A DNA stretch of 47,457 nt from a virus, in the IMG/VR virus record IMGVR_UViG_3300002460_000007, one strand, 5' to 3'. Made by a program: the position numbers and the translations under genes. The notes beneath the pieces are model-generated. The model made no database searches, was not told the origin of the DNA, and was given only the letters and a program-made list of their open reading frames with translations. Positions 16,734 through 25,202 of the stretch are shown here, in pieces (positions within the stretch are counted from its first letter, which is position 1; each line of letters starts with the position of its first letter).

Positions 16734-17282
16734 ATGGCAACAAGTCCTGTTCATAAGGGATGGTTGCGTGATATTCATAATGGTCGCCTCGCGGCTGTTT
16801 ACAACGGCACTGAGGTTTTTGACTTTGATGCAAACGATTTGGACGTAGCAGTTGCCGCTATCTTTTCGGCTGATGTTAAATTTGAACTAACCATTACTGC
16901 TGGTGCAGATGGTGTTGGTGCAGATGGGGAGCAGCTTACCTCTGGTGGTGCTGCTGCCGAGTGTGATTGGGCCGCTGCCGCCTGCCTCCGTGAATATAAG
17001 AATGTTCAGGGGGAACGAACCGATGCACAGGAAGTGCTCTCTCAGATAATTGCAACTCCTGTGTATGACTTCCAGTACAAGAGTAAGGCTGAGAGTGATG
17101 AGCATGTTATCTCTACGGGCGACCTAACCACTACATACACGGGAATCATGGCTGACGAAGCTCCGTGGGCAACACATTACAAGGGGCGGATTCTTAACCC
17201 CATCAACACGTTTGGGTACACCGTTTTGGCTATCAAGGCTCTGAACGAGAAGATTGCCAAGCTTGAGACGATGGTTAGTTAA
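16734..17282 (+). CDS. Short fibre-like protein with a C-terminal intramolecular-chaperone (peptidase S74-like) domain
   Basis: The C-terminus, PVYDFQYK...TGIMADEAP...GYTVLAIKALNEKIAKLE, resembles the endosialidase chaperone domain. Confidence 0.5.
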   Translation: MATSPVHKGWLRDIHNGRLAAVYNGTEVFDFDANDLDVAVAAIFSADVKFELTITAGADGVGADGEQLTSGGAAAECDWAAAACLREYKNVQGERTDAQEVLSQIIATPVYDFQYKSKAESDEHVISTGDLTTTYTGIMADEAPWATHYKGRILNPINTFGYTVLAIKALNEKIAKLETMVS

Positions 17283-17520
17283 TATCATGAACGTACCTAT
17301 AGAGTTTCTATTTCAACTATATGGTGAGGCTATGGTCAAAATCCGTCTATTGGAAAATGAAATTCTTAGGTTGTCCGAGCCAGAGAAAGAAAAGGAAGAA
17401 TAGTGTTCTTCGAGGTAGCGACAGAGGAGGATGAGGCTCGCCTAGCCGAGATTCTCAAACGTGAAGAGAAACTACTCAAAACTAGGCAAAACTTAGATGA
17501 AAGGATAAGGGAGAAAAACG

Positions 17521-17925
17521 GTGGAAGGGCTTACGTTTCCAGCGACCGTAGTGTACGCCGACGAATTGGCATACGGTCTATCCGAAGTTAACCTCCTCTC
17601 TCCTCTGTCGGATGCCATCACGGGAGTGGGGCAGACAATGCGCCGCTACCAAATCATCATAGTAAATCGTAACGACCAATTGGCTGAATACCGAGAGGAC
17701 TTGGGTTTGGCCTCAGACTTCGACGCTATTCAGTTCCGTATTCCCAGCTTTTGGGTACATACAGTGGGAGAGCTAAAGGAAATGGCTGAAACCCTGCGAC
17801 TGAACGAGCCAAGTTACTTGCACGAGGCGATACCAGTGCCAGATTCCGAGAAGTTCTGGCGAAGGTACAACGACTTGAACGAGGGAATTAGGGCATACAG
17901 AAAGGGGAAAAAGCACTATGCCTAA
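17521..17925 (+). CDS. Virion-module hypothetical protein, 134 aa
   Basis: GTG start after agggaga. Confidence 0.55.
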   Translation: MEGLTFPATVVYADELAYGLSEVNLLSPLSDAITGVGQTMRRYQIIIVNRNDQLAEYREDLGLASDFDAIQFRIPSFWVHTVGELKEMAETLRLNEPSYLHEAIPVPDSEKFWRRYNDLNEGIRAYRKGKKHYA

Positions 17926-18511
17926 GGACAATCAGAACATGGCACCTGACTCCGACGACAACGAGGAAATCATTGCCTTCCTTCAGGGAGACATGGACAG
18001 GGCACAGGAACCAGGGGATATGCCGCCTGGAACTATTGTAGACACAGGAAAGAGTGAGGAAACTCCCTTCCCAAGTGTGGTGGCGTCTGTTGAGAGTGCG
18101 GGGTATGTAACTCTGTACAATCGTCAGACGGGTGACCCCAGTATTATCAACATTAACAACTTGTCACCCAAACTGAAGCAGCGGTATAACGATGGGCCGT
18201 TCACAGGGGAGCTAGTATTCACTCTTCGTGACCCTGGTTTCCGACCTCCGAAGGGTACGGAACTCTGTTGGCTACACGCTGACCATCCCCGTCGGGCTGA
18301 GTTTGACAAGTATGGCTTTGCGGTGTGTCCTGCAGGTAGTCTACAGTCGGAATACCAGCGAGACCGACACGCTGAGAAGAGGCACAACACGGAGTTTGCA
18401 ATCATTAAGGATATGCTGAGGCGCGAGAAGGACTCACAGCGAGATGACATCGAGGCGCAAGACCGTGAAGAGCGTCGCAAACTGCTAGAGATTCTAGCGA
18501 ATAGAGGGTAA
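17918..18511 (+). CDS. Virion-module hypothetical protein, 197 aa
   Basis: Long ORF coupled to its neighbours. Confidence 0.6.
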   Translation: MPKDNQNMAPDSDDNEEIIAFLQGDMDRAQEPGDMPPGTIVDTGKSEETPFPSVVASVESAGYVTLYNRQTGDPSIININNLSPKLKQRYNDGPFTGELVFTLRDPGFRPPKGTELCWLHADHPRRAEFDKYGFAVCPAGSLQSEYQRDRHAEKRHNTEFAIIKDMLRREKDSQRDDIEAQDREERRKLLEILANRG

Positions 18512-18514
18512 ATT

Positions 18515-18811
18515 ATGGCTCGATTTTCAATGACACCAGGAGATTACCACGCGTATGAAACTGTGACTGTTGCTGGAACAGCAGTGGAGTTAACGGACGC
18601 TACTAAACTTAATGCCACTTTTGCTACAATTACTGTTGAGACCGCACAGATAAGGTTCACATTAGACGGAACTACACCCACTGCTACTGTGGGGCACTTG
18701 CTAGAGCCTGGGGACGTTCTCACTCTCGACAGTGCTGAACAGATTACACAAGCACAATTCATCCGTGTGGGTGCGACTAGTGGCACAATTCAAGTGAGTT
18801 ACGGGAACTAG
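18515..18811 (+). CDS. Virion-module hypothetical protein, 98 aa
   Basis: Long ORF, tightly packed. Confidence 0.6.
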   Translation: MARFSMTPGDYHAYETVTVAGTAVELTDATKLNATFATITVETAQIRFTLDGTTPTATVGHLLEPGDVLTLDSAEQITQAQFIRVGATSGTIQVSYGN

Positions 18812-18813
18812 CG

Positions 18814-19254
18814 ATGAAGATAGAACGTTCAGCACCAGGAGCCCCAACTTACGTAGCCCGTGGAAACTGGAACTTTACAGATGACACTGGTGCTACTGGA
18901 GCATATACTATTTTCACCGTCACTGGAGATGTATTAATCCAGACCTTTGGTATCTGTAATGTCAGCCTAACTGGGGCAACAGCTACAATTCAACTTGGTG
19001 TCTCTGGTGACACAGCGGCATTTGTAGCCCTAACTACTGGAACAGACTTGCTTGCTGATGAGGTGTGGATAGACGCTACTCCCACTCTGACGAAGGAGAT
19101 ACTAGACCCAGCTGCAATACCCAGAACATGGATTGTGGCTAATGGCCAAGATGTAATACTCACCATTGCTACAGCTGCTCTAACGGCTGGTGATATAGAC
19201 TTCTACGCTCGCTGGAGTCCTCTTTCTGCAGATGGTATGGTGGTTGGTGGATAA
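18814..19254 (+). CDS. Virion-module hypothetical protein, 146 aa
   Basis: Long ORF, tightly packed. Confidence 0.6.
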   Translation: MKIERSAPGAPTYVARGNWNFTDDTGATGAYTIFTVTGDVLIQTFGICNVSLTGATATIQLGVSGDTAAFVALTTGTDLLADEVWIDATPTLTKEILDPAAIPRTWIVANGQDVILTIATAALTAGDIDFYARWSPLSADGMVVGG

Positions 19255-19550
19255 TGGCGTGGGTAGTTGATGAAGACACAAGCTTTGTTGTAGGTGATAG
19301 TCCTCACGTTATAACAATCAACGCGGACTCCACTCTGCACAAGTACCCCCCTGTCAAGGGCTACATTGCCTGCGATGGGACAGGCAACATACTCATAGAA
19401 ATGGCCAGATTTGGCACTGGTTATGAAGACCAATTCACCTTAAAGACTGCTGAGGTAGTGGAGTTTGAGGGAGAAATTGGACTAGTACGAATCACCTACT
19501 CAGGAACAGACTCAGCTTATCGCTGTGTGGTTCAAACACTAATCAATTAG
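19254..19550 (+). CDS. Virion-module hypothetical protein, 98 aa
   Basis: ATAATGG coupling with the upstream gene. Confidence 0.6.
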   Translation: MAWVVDEDTSFVVGDSPHVITINADSTLHKYPPVKGYIACDGTGNILIEMARFGTGYEDQFTLKTAEVVEFEGEIGLVRITYSGTDSAYRCVVQTLIN

Positions 19551-19554
19551 GGAC

Positions 19555-19583
19555 TTGACAAACTAGTGAAAATGTGTTATAAT
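19555..19583 (+). promoter_or_regulatory. Consensus promoter: ggacTTGACA-17-tgtTATAAT
   Basis: Perfect hexamers. Confidence 0.8.
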
Positions 19584-19596
19584 AAAGCTGTATACG

Positions 19597-19611
19597 GCGG
19601 GGGTCTTTATA
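19597..19611 (+). promoter_or_regulatory. Conserved downstream box: GCGGGGGTCTTTATA
   Basis: GGGGGTC starts 15 nt after the -10. The box ends 1 nt before ATG 19613. Confidence 0.55.
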
Positions 19612-19612
19612 G

Positions 19613-20893
19613 ATGAGACTCAAGAAACTTCCATCTTACTTCGCCACGTCAGGACATACCCACTCTATCTATGTCTTGACTGCTGACCACGGGGGCACTA
19701 CTCCGTCTGGGCACCACTCCAACACCAACGATGTTACCGCTGCTGCTGTCCTCGCCGACACCGCGCTGGTTCGCGGCTCAGGTGGGGCTAGGGGTGTTCA
19801 GGATTCCCTTGTCCTTTGCGATGCCGGAGGTAACGTTACGGGGGTCGGTCAGCTTACAGCAGTCAGTTTCGCCACCACACCTACGTCACCGACTAAGTTC
19901 ATAGGTACTTATTCTGGGTCAGATACACCCAGCTTGGCCCCATTTTTCGTTCTCCGTAGGGCCAGAGACGGCACCCCAACTTACATTGTAACAGCGGGCG
20001 ACTACCTGGGAGGGTTTCAGTGGGCTGGAGGCGCTACTGAAGTCCCTGCCTACGGGACGGGGGCGGCGCTGTACGCCATAGCGACTGAAGCGTTTGGTGT
20101 TCTTAATTACGGCACCAAACTTGAGTTCTGGGTCTGTCCTAACGGCTCGCCGACAGCGGCGGTGAAGATGCGGCTAGACCAGGACGGCAAACTGTACGCG
20201 CTCGGCGGCCTGGATGTGACGGGGAACATTGTTGTCTCCGGTAACGTAGATGGGGTGGACGTAGGAGCGCACGACGTTGCGACAACTGGAGTCCATGGTG
20301 CGGGGGCGAATACGCTCTTGCACTCGGCCTCGGCTGCGGGGGGAGACGCTACGGGAACACTAGGGGCGTTGGTTATCGCTGATGATAGTCACGGGCACAC
20401 AAGTACCACCGTAACGACACACAGTACGGCCCACGCTAATGACCACACCCGCTCCCACGACCTCGAAGGCGCGTCCGACCACACCACATCTTCAGGCGTG
20501 GACGGCCACTTCATGCGGCAGACTGGGGTGACAACCTATGCCTTTGAGGCAGACTACTACACCATCAACTTCATCATCAATGGCGGCGGCGCGGCTATCA
20601 CAACTGGAGTCAAGGGCTGGGCTGAGGTTCCTGGGCCTGGGGTACTGGAAGAGTGGCGCATCCTGCTATCGGCTGCCGAGAACATCACCGTGGACATTGA
20701 CTATGACACCTACGCGAACTTCCCCACGGTGGGGAACAATTTAGTAGCGCCGTCCACAACGGGTGTGCAGAAAAACGAAGCCACGGGGCTTTCCGCCGCG
20801 ATACCCGACAAGAGCATCCTCGAATTTGATGTGACGGGCGCTCCTGCCACAGCACAGATGTGTACCGTAGCACTTAGAATAAGGAAGACATGA
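19613..20893 (+). CDS. Tail fibre protein candidate
   Basis: Gly/Thr/Ala-rich with a His-rich HxH-type segment (HGHTSTTVTTHSTAHANDHTRSHD), as in trimeric fibre metal sites. Confidence 0.6.
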   Translation: MRLKKLPSYFATSGHTHSIYVLTADHGGTTPSGHHSNTNDVTAAAVLADTALVRGSGGARGVQDSLVLCDAGGNVTGVGQLTAVSFATTPTSPTKFIGTYSGSDTPSLAPFFVLRRARDGTPTYIVTAGDYLGGFQWAGGATEVPAYGTGAALYAIATEAFGVLNYGTKLEFWVCPNGSPTAAVKMRLDQDGKLYALGGLDVTGNIVVSGNVDGVDVGAHDVATTGVHGAGANTLLHSASAAGGDATGTLGALVIADDSHGHTSTTVTTHSTAHANDHTRSHDLEGASDHTTSSGVDGHFMRQTGVTTYAFEADYYTINFIINGGGAAITTGVKGWAEVPGPGVLEEWRILLSAAENITVDIDYDTYANFPTVGNNLVAPSTTGVQKNEATGLSAAIPDKSILEFDVTGAPATAQMCTVALRIRKT

Positions 20894-21675
20894 GAGTAGT
20901 TCTCACTAACCAAGACTTGACCGGCCAGGTACTTGACGCCTCCACACGACCGGACGGTCATGCCCGCGAGTCTCTGGTTCGGGGTTGCACGTTCGACCTC
21001 GGCACTCGTTTTGTGGGGGACATTCGCGGTACGGACTTCATAGGCAACACCGGCCCTGCTGATTGGCGAGCCGCCCAGACCTATAGTTGTTACTGGCGGG
21101 GCAATCAGAACCTCTCCGGCTCTCTGTGGCCCGCCGACATCGGGTCTCTACACCACGAGCCCGTGGGCACCATCATCAGAGACAGGGTGGCCCTAGTCGC
21201 TGCTACTGCCAGGCCCAAGGTCATAGCCGTTGCTAGCTACGTGTTGGGGGGCGATTATGCCAGAGCCTCCTGGGACACCTCCAAGACCTACTGGTGGGAC
21301 GGGCTTACGGTCACGCAGAGGGAGAAACTGGCAGCAGCCTTCCGTCTGGTGTTCCAACCTTACCCTGGGTTGGCCGAGCGGTTTGAGGAGTTGGTCAAGG
21401 CACTCAAGGAGGGGACACCGCTATTCCAGGGCGCGCCCCTGGCGACGGACGTGTCGTGGCCGGACGGAGCTAGCATTCATCTGGACGCTATGAACCTACC
21501 CGCTCTACCTGAGCCCAGCCGCTATGCGCTGGCCCGCTGGCTGGAGGCCCAAGCTGACTTGCAACAGCCCGCCCCCCATCACTGTTTTGTCTACTCTGCT
21601 CTACCTCCAATCGTGCGGCCCCTACCCCAACCTGATGACTGGCTGAACCCAGGCTGGCATTGGCGGGGGTACTAG
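20890..21675 (+). CDS. Fibre-module hypothetical protein, 261 aa
   Basis: ATGA coupling. GC-rich like its neighbours. Confidence 0.55.
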   Translation: MRVVLTNQDLTGQVLDASTRPDGHARESLVRGCTFDLGTRFVGDIRGTDFIGNTGPADWRAAQTYSCYWRGNQNLSGSLWPADIGSLHHEPVGTIIRDRVALVAATARPKVIAVASYVLGGDYARASWDTSKTYWWDGLTVTQREKLAAAFRLVFQPYPGLAERFEELVKALKEGTPLFQGAPLATDVSWPDGASIHLDAMNLPALPEPSRYALARWLEAQADLQQPAPHHCFVYSALPPIVRPLPQPDDWLNPGWHWRGY

Positions 21676-21676
21676 G

Positions 21677-23053
21677 ATGAGCCGTAGCTGGCTACACGTA
21701 GGGGGCGGCTGGGAGCATGGCCCCATCCGCTATCTCTATTCCGCCAATGACACGCAGACAAAGACGTTCATCACAGGCCCCAACTGGAACGTAGGGGGGT
21801 CTGGCCCTCCCGCTCCTGAGAAGTCCACTAAGCGCAGTGGCTACTTCGCTCATCGGATGCTCGGCGGCGGTTTCTCGTCTGGCATTGACGCCCGCTGTGG
21901 CCATGTGTTCGCCCGCACCAAGGACTGGTTATTCTGGGTTGTCCCCGTGGCCATCATCGGCTTTGACACACCCCCAACTGTCGGCAATGATTACCTTGCT
22001 GCCCGTTGTACTGAGCATTGGGCACCGGCCACTGGGGACAAATACCTGGGTGTAGGTGTCGCTATCGTCTCGGCTGGCCCGCCCGCCACCTTCCAATTCA
22101 CCATCCAGCGTTTCACCAACACTGGTGCCTTCGATGTTAAACTGGGCGGCAACAGTGCTACCTTCACAGCCGGGACGACGGTACGCTATATCGTCCTGGC
22201 CCTGAACACAGCGGGCGGGACAGACAACTGCAAGCTATGGGTGGACGGGACGGCGGGAGCGGCTGTTACCTCCGGCACTGTTCGCACCTCTGGCCATCTC
22301 CTGCCTGACTCCCGAAAGGTTGCGGGCGCTAAGGGTGCTGATACTGGTATGCAAGTGGTGGCCGATGACTGGTGCAGCGCCGAGGGAGACGCTGAGGCCG
22401 ACCGCCCAGGGCTGAATCTACGGACGATATGTTACCAGGCCCGCAAGAACGTCACGGGCGAGAACGCCTGGACGGGCTCGCACCTGGACGTGGATGACGA
22501 GAAGGACGCAGGCGTGGGGGATGCCAACACCGACACCAACGTTTGCACCCCTGGGGCCGCCGACCAGCTTGAGATATTCGGCTTTCCCGACCTGGTGGAC
22601 GAGGCTGGACAGACAGCCACGGTGGAGGCCGTGCTGCTGTGCTGGGAGCAGGTCATATCGACCTTTAGGGGTGAAGGTTTTGCTCCTGCCTATGAGGGCC
22701 ACTACCCCCACGCCCGCACTACCAGCAGCAGCCTGACCGACCTCAGCGGCGATTACGGTAGCGGCTATAATGCCAATGGCACGCCTTCGCGGCTTTGGTT
22801 CTCCCGTCTGATGCGTACCACGCCGGAGGGCTCCGCCTGGACGCCGACCCTGTTCAACGCCCTCCAGGCTGGTCTGAAGTCGCGGAACACCGAGGAGATG
22901 GGGGAGTTCTATGCCATCCCCATTGGGGACTATATCGATGCTCCTGCCGATACGCCAACCCCACCTGGAGACCCTCTTTGGGAAGACCCACCGGCTGCGG
23001 CTGCGGTCAGTCTAGCCATCCCGCGTCGGATTAATACACTACTGAGAATGTAA
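21677..23053 (+). CDS. Fibre or receptor-binding module protein, 458 aa (possible LamG-like domain)
   Basis: The segment TVRYIVLALNTAGGTDNCKLWVDGTAG resembles the concanavalin/LamG core. Confidence 0.45.
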   Translation: MSRSWLHVGGGWEHGPIRYLYSANDTQTKTFITGPNWNVGGSGPPAPEKSTKRSGYFAHRMLGGGFSSGIDARCGHVFARTKDWLFWVVPVAIIGFDTPPTVGNDYLAARCTEHWAPATGDKYLGVGVAIVSAGPPATFQFTIQRFTNTGAFDVKLGGNSATFTAGTTVRYIVLALNTAGGTDNCKLWVDGTAGAAVTSGTVRTSGHLLPDSRKVAGAKGADTGMQVVADDWCSAEGDAEADRPGLNLRTICYQARKNVTGENAWTGSHLDVDDEKDAGVGDANTDTNVCTPGAADQLEIFGFPDLVDEAGQTATVEAVLLCWEQVISTFRGEGFAPAYEGHYPHARTTSSSLTDLSGDYGSGYNANGTPSRLWFSRLMRTTPEGSAWTPTLFNALQAGLKSRNTEEMGEFYAIPIGDYIDAPADTPTPPGDPLWEDPPAAAAVSLAIPRRINTLLRM

Positions 23054-23064
23054 AGGAGGAAATT

Positions 23065-23547
23065 ATGGGACGGATGTACGTATGTGAGTTCGCGGACGTA
23101 TCAGTTACGGCGGCGGATGGGAACGTGGACTTCTGGGAGTTGAAGCCCGCGACCAACAAACCCATCCGCATTCATGCGGGCTATGTAGGGCAGACGACAC
23201 TCGACCAGGACGCCAATGAGCAGATGTTAACGATACAGATTCTCCGGCTTCCTGCCACAGTAACCGACGCCACTGGTGGGACAACGGCAGTGATAAGCCC
23301 ACTCGACACCAACGATACCGCCGCCGGTGTATCAGGGGTTACGGTGGCCGATGTGGTAGCGACATCAAGTGGAACTATCATTGACATCCACTCTGAGACA
23401 TTCAACAACCGCTCAGGCTGGGTTTATCTACCGACGCCAGAGATGCGAGTCCGTGCCCTTGCGGGTGAGGCGATTTGCGTCAGGCTCACCACCGCTGTCG
23501 CTGCCACGACCACGTTCTCAGGCACGGTCTACATAGAGGAGTTGTAA
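23065..23547 (+). CDS. Virion-module hypothetical protein, 160 aa
   Basis: SD aaggagga. Confidence 0.6.
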   Translation: MGRMYVCEFADVSVTAADGNVDFWELKPATNKPIRIHAGYVGQTTLDQDANEQMLTIQILRLPATVTDATGGTTAVISPLDTNDTAAGVSGVTVADVVATSSGTIIDIHSETFNNRSGWVYLPTPEMRVRALAGEAICVRLTTAVAATTTFSGTVYIEEL

Positions 23548-23657
23548 TGCACGTCTATCGCCGCCCCCACTTCTACCGAGCGCGGAGATTATGGATTGGC
23601 ACCGTCACCGCTGCCCCGCCTGCGGGCTTTCCGTACTCGCAGGTAATCATATGCTAG
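23547..23657 (+). CDS. Small basic ORF, 36 aa
   Basis: TAATG coupling to the upstream stop. Confidence 0.35.
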   Translation: MHVYRRPHFYRARRLWIGTVTAAPPAGFPYSQVIIC

Positions 23658-23667
23658 GGAGAGGATT

Positions 23668-23892
23668 GTGGACATTAACATACTACAAAATTTAGAGAAT
23701 ATTACTCAGGCTCAGGCGGAACTGATAGAGCGATTGACCTCTAAGAGTATCTTTGGTTTCTTCCAGCGTAGACGAGTTCGGAAGATGTTACAAGGCAAAC
23801 AACTGGTACGTAGATTACGGGAGGATGAATTACGCGCCCATGTCCTCCGTCTCAAAAAGGAGTTGGCAGAGATGAGAGTAGAGAGAGCATGA
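23668..23892 (+). CDS. Hypothetical coiled-coil protein, 74 aa
   Basis: GTG start after gggagagga. Confidence 0.5.
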   Translation: MDINILQNLENITQAQAELIERLTSKSIFGFFQRRRVRKMLQGKQLVRRLREDELRAHVLRLKKELAEMRVERA

Positions 23893-24104
23893 ATGTAGAG
23901 ATAATCACCGCATTGGGTGCAATCCCTGTAGGTATCGTAGGGATGTACTTGATGTACAGGATTGTTGGAAATCATCTCGACCATAATACTGAGGTTCTCG
24001 ATAAGCTTACTAAGTCTATTGACCGAAGCACTGAAGTCAGTAACGTATTCTTTGCATGGTTGAAGGGTAGACTGGACGTGGGGCGTGCCAGAGAAGATAA
24101 CTAA
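23889..24104 (+). CDS. Small membrane protein, one N-terminal TM (holin candidate)
   Basis: Hydrophobic segment ITALGAIPVGIVGMYLMYRIV. Confidence 0.4.
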   Translation: MNVEIITALGAIPVGIVGMYLMYRIVGNHLDHNTEVLDKLTKSIDRSTEVSNVFFAWLKGRLDVGRAREDN

Positions 24105-24246
24105 AGTCAAGGGAGGATACAGAGTCAGCACCCCGCATGGAGTGAAGGCTAAGAAGACTAGCAAGAAAAAGGCCAAGTCTCAAGCACGTTTGCTCCGAGC
24201 AGTTGAGCACGGATGGAAGCCCACGGGAAAGAAAGCCAAGAAGTAA
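24085..24246 (+). CDS. Small Lys-rich basic protein, 53 aa
   Basis: GTG start. KGGYRVSTPHGVKAKKTSKKKAKSQ. Ends in TAATG coupled to the next gene. Confidence 0.4.
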   Translation: MPEKITKVKGGYRVSTPHGVKAKKTSKKKAKSQARLLRAVEHGWKPTGKKAKK

Positions 24247-24539
24247 TGATAGAAGCAGTGCGAAGATTCTACAGATTCTTTTGGATTCACACATCTGGTC
24301 GCCCCTGGACATACGAAATTCGTGACTGGACAGAGAGACATCGAATATGGGGCGCTCTAATAACAGGTGGTGTTACGACTGCCTTCTTTACTGGACAGAT
24401 GCTACTAACTATATACTTCGGGTATTGGTCTATACCATTCATGGTGTGGGCTGACTTCATGGCGTTTGTTGCGGGTCATTTATTTTGGGACAGCGAAGGT
24501 ACGTACATTCAACTTAAGGAGAAATTTCGTAATGGCTAA
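24246..24539 (+). CDS. Membrane protein, 97 aa with 2 TM segments (track ORF trimmed)
   Basis: TAATG coupling. Hydrophobic segments IWGALITGGVTTAFFTGQMLL and IPFMVWADFMAFVAGHLFW. Confidence 0.55.
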   Translation: MIEAVRRFYRFFWIHTSGRPWTYEIRDWTERHRIWGALITGGVTTAFFTGQMLLTIYFGYWSIPFMVWADFMAFVAGHLFWDSEGTYIQLKEKFRNG

Positions 24540-24933
24540 GTCTAGAACACCACTGACAGTTCCTCAGATGACTCCAGTTGAATGCGCTTGGTTAGGGGCC
24601 TTTCTAGAGGCTGATGGGAATGCTAATGTTTATCATAATAGGGGAGGCTCAAAGAACACAACAAGCTTGGTTCTTAGGATAAGCCAATCTATCGTGAACC
24701 CAGAGCCTATTTCAGCGGCTTTACGATGTACTAACGCTGGTTCGGTATCTGTTTCTAACATTCAGTATAACTCCGAGATACGTCCAGTTCTCCAATGGCA
24801 GGTTGATAGTAGATTGAATGCAGTCTGTTTGGCAAAACAACTAGCTCCCTACTCACCTAAAGTTAAAGATGCCTTAGATAAATGGTTAGCTTGGGACACC
24901 GACGGCGCCTACATTCACATGAAAGGGACATAG
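24532..24933 (+). CDS. LAGLIDADG homing endonuclease, paralogue of 5526-5885
   Basis: CAWLGAFLEADGNANVY motif and PEPISAAL, compared with PEVISVLL in the other copy. Confidence 0.7.
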   Translation: MAKSRTPLTVPQMTPVECAWLGAFLEADGNANVYHNRGGSKNTTSLVLRISQSIVNPEPISAALRCTNAGSVSVSNIQYNSEIRPVLQWQVDSRLNAVCLAKQLAPYSPKVKDALDKWLAWDTDGAYIHMKGT

Positions 24934-24935
24934 TA

Positions 24936-25046
24936 ATGCCAAAGAAAAAGAAGAAAGCTAACAAGAATGGCACGCACAAGATGCCAAACGGTATGATGAT
25001 GTCAGATGCAGAGATGAAGAAGCACCGAAAGAAGATGATGAAGTAG
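24936..25046 (+). CDS. Very basic 36-aa peptide (MPKKKKKANKNG...)
   Basis: SD aaaggga 8 nt upstream. Confidence 0.4.
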   Translation: MPKKKKKANKNGTHKMPNGMMMSDAEMKKHRKKMMK

Positions 25047-25067
25047 TGACCAATCCCTGGAGGCCCA

Positions 25068-25193
25068 ATGCGGTACAACTTTTGCGGGAAATGTCACAAG
25101 ATGAAAGTCAAGGGGACAGACTGCACTTACTGCAAGGTAGTCAAGAAGTCCTGGTGGAGTAAAGTATGGCAAACTATTCTGCGACAGAGCTAG
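25068..25193 (+). CDS. Zinc-ribbon peptide, 41 aa (CGKC...CTYC)
   Basis: SD ggagg 5 nt upstream of the ATG. Confidence 0.5.
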   Translation: MRYNFCGKCHKMKVKGTDCTYCKVVKKSWWSKVWQTILRQS

Positions 25194-25202
25194 ATAGATA
25201 CA

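Noticed and set aside
17403-17591. 62-aa ORF overlapping the start of 17521-17925, as a possible frameshift product
   Set aside because: There is no slippery site. The downstream gene has its own SD and GTG start. The first ~40 codons (acidic, coiled coil) may be a real small gene, but the support is weak.
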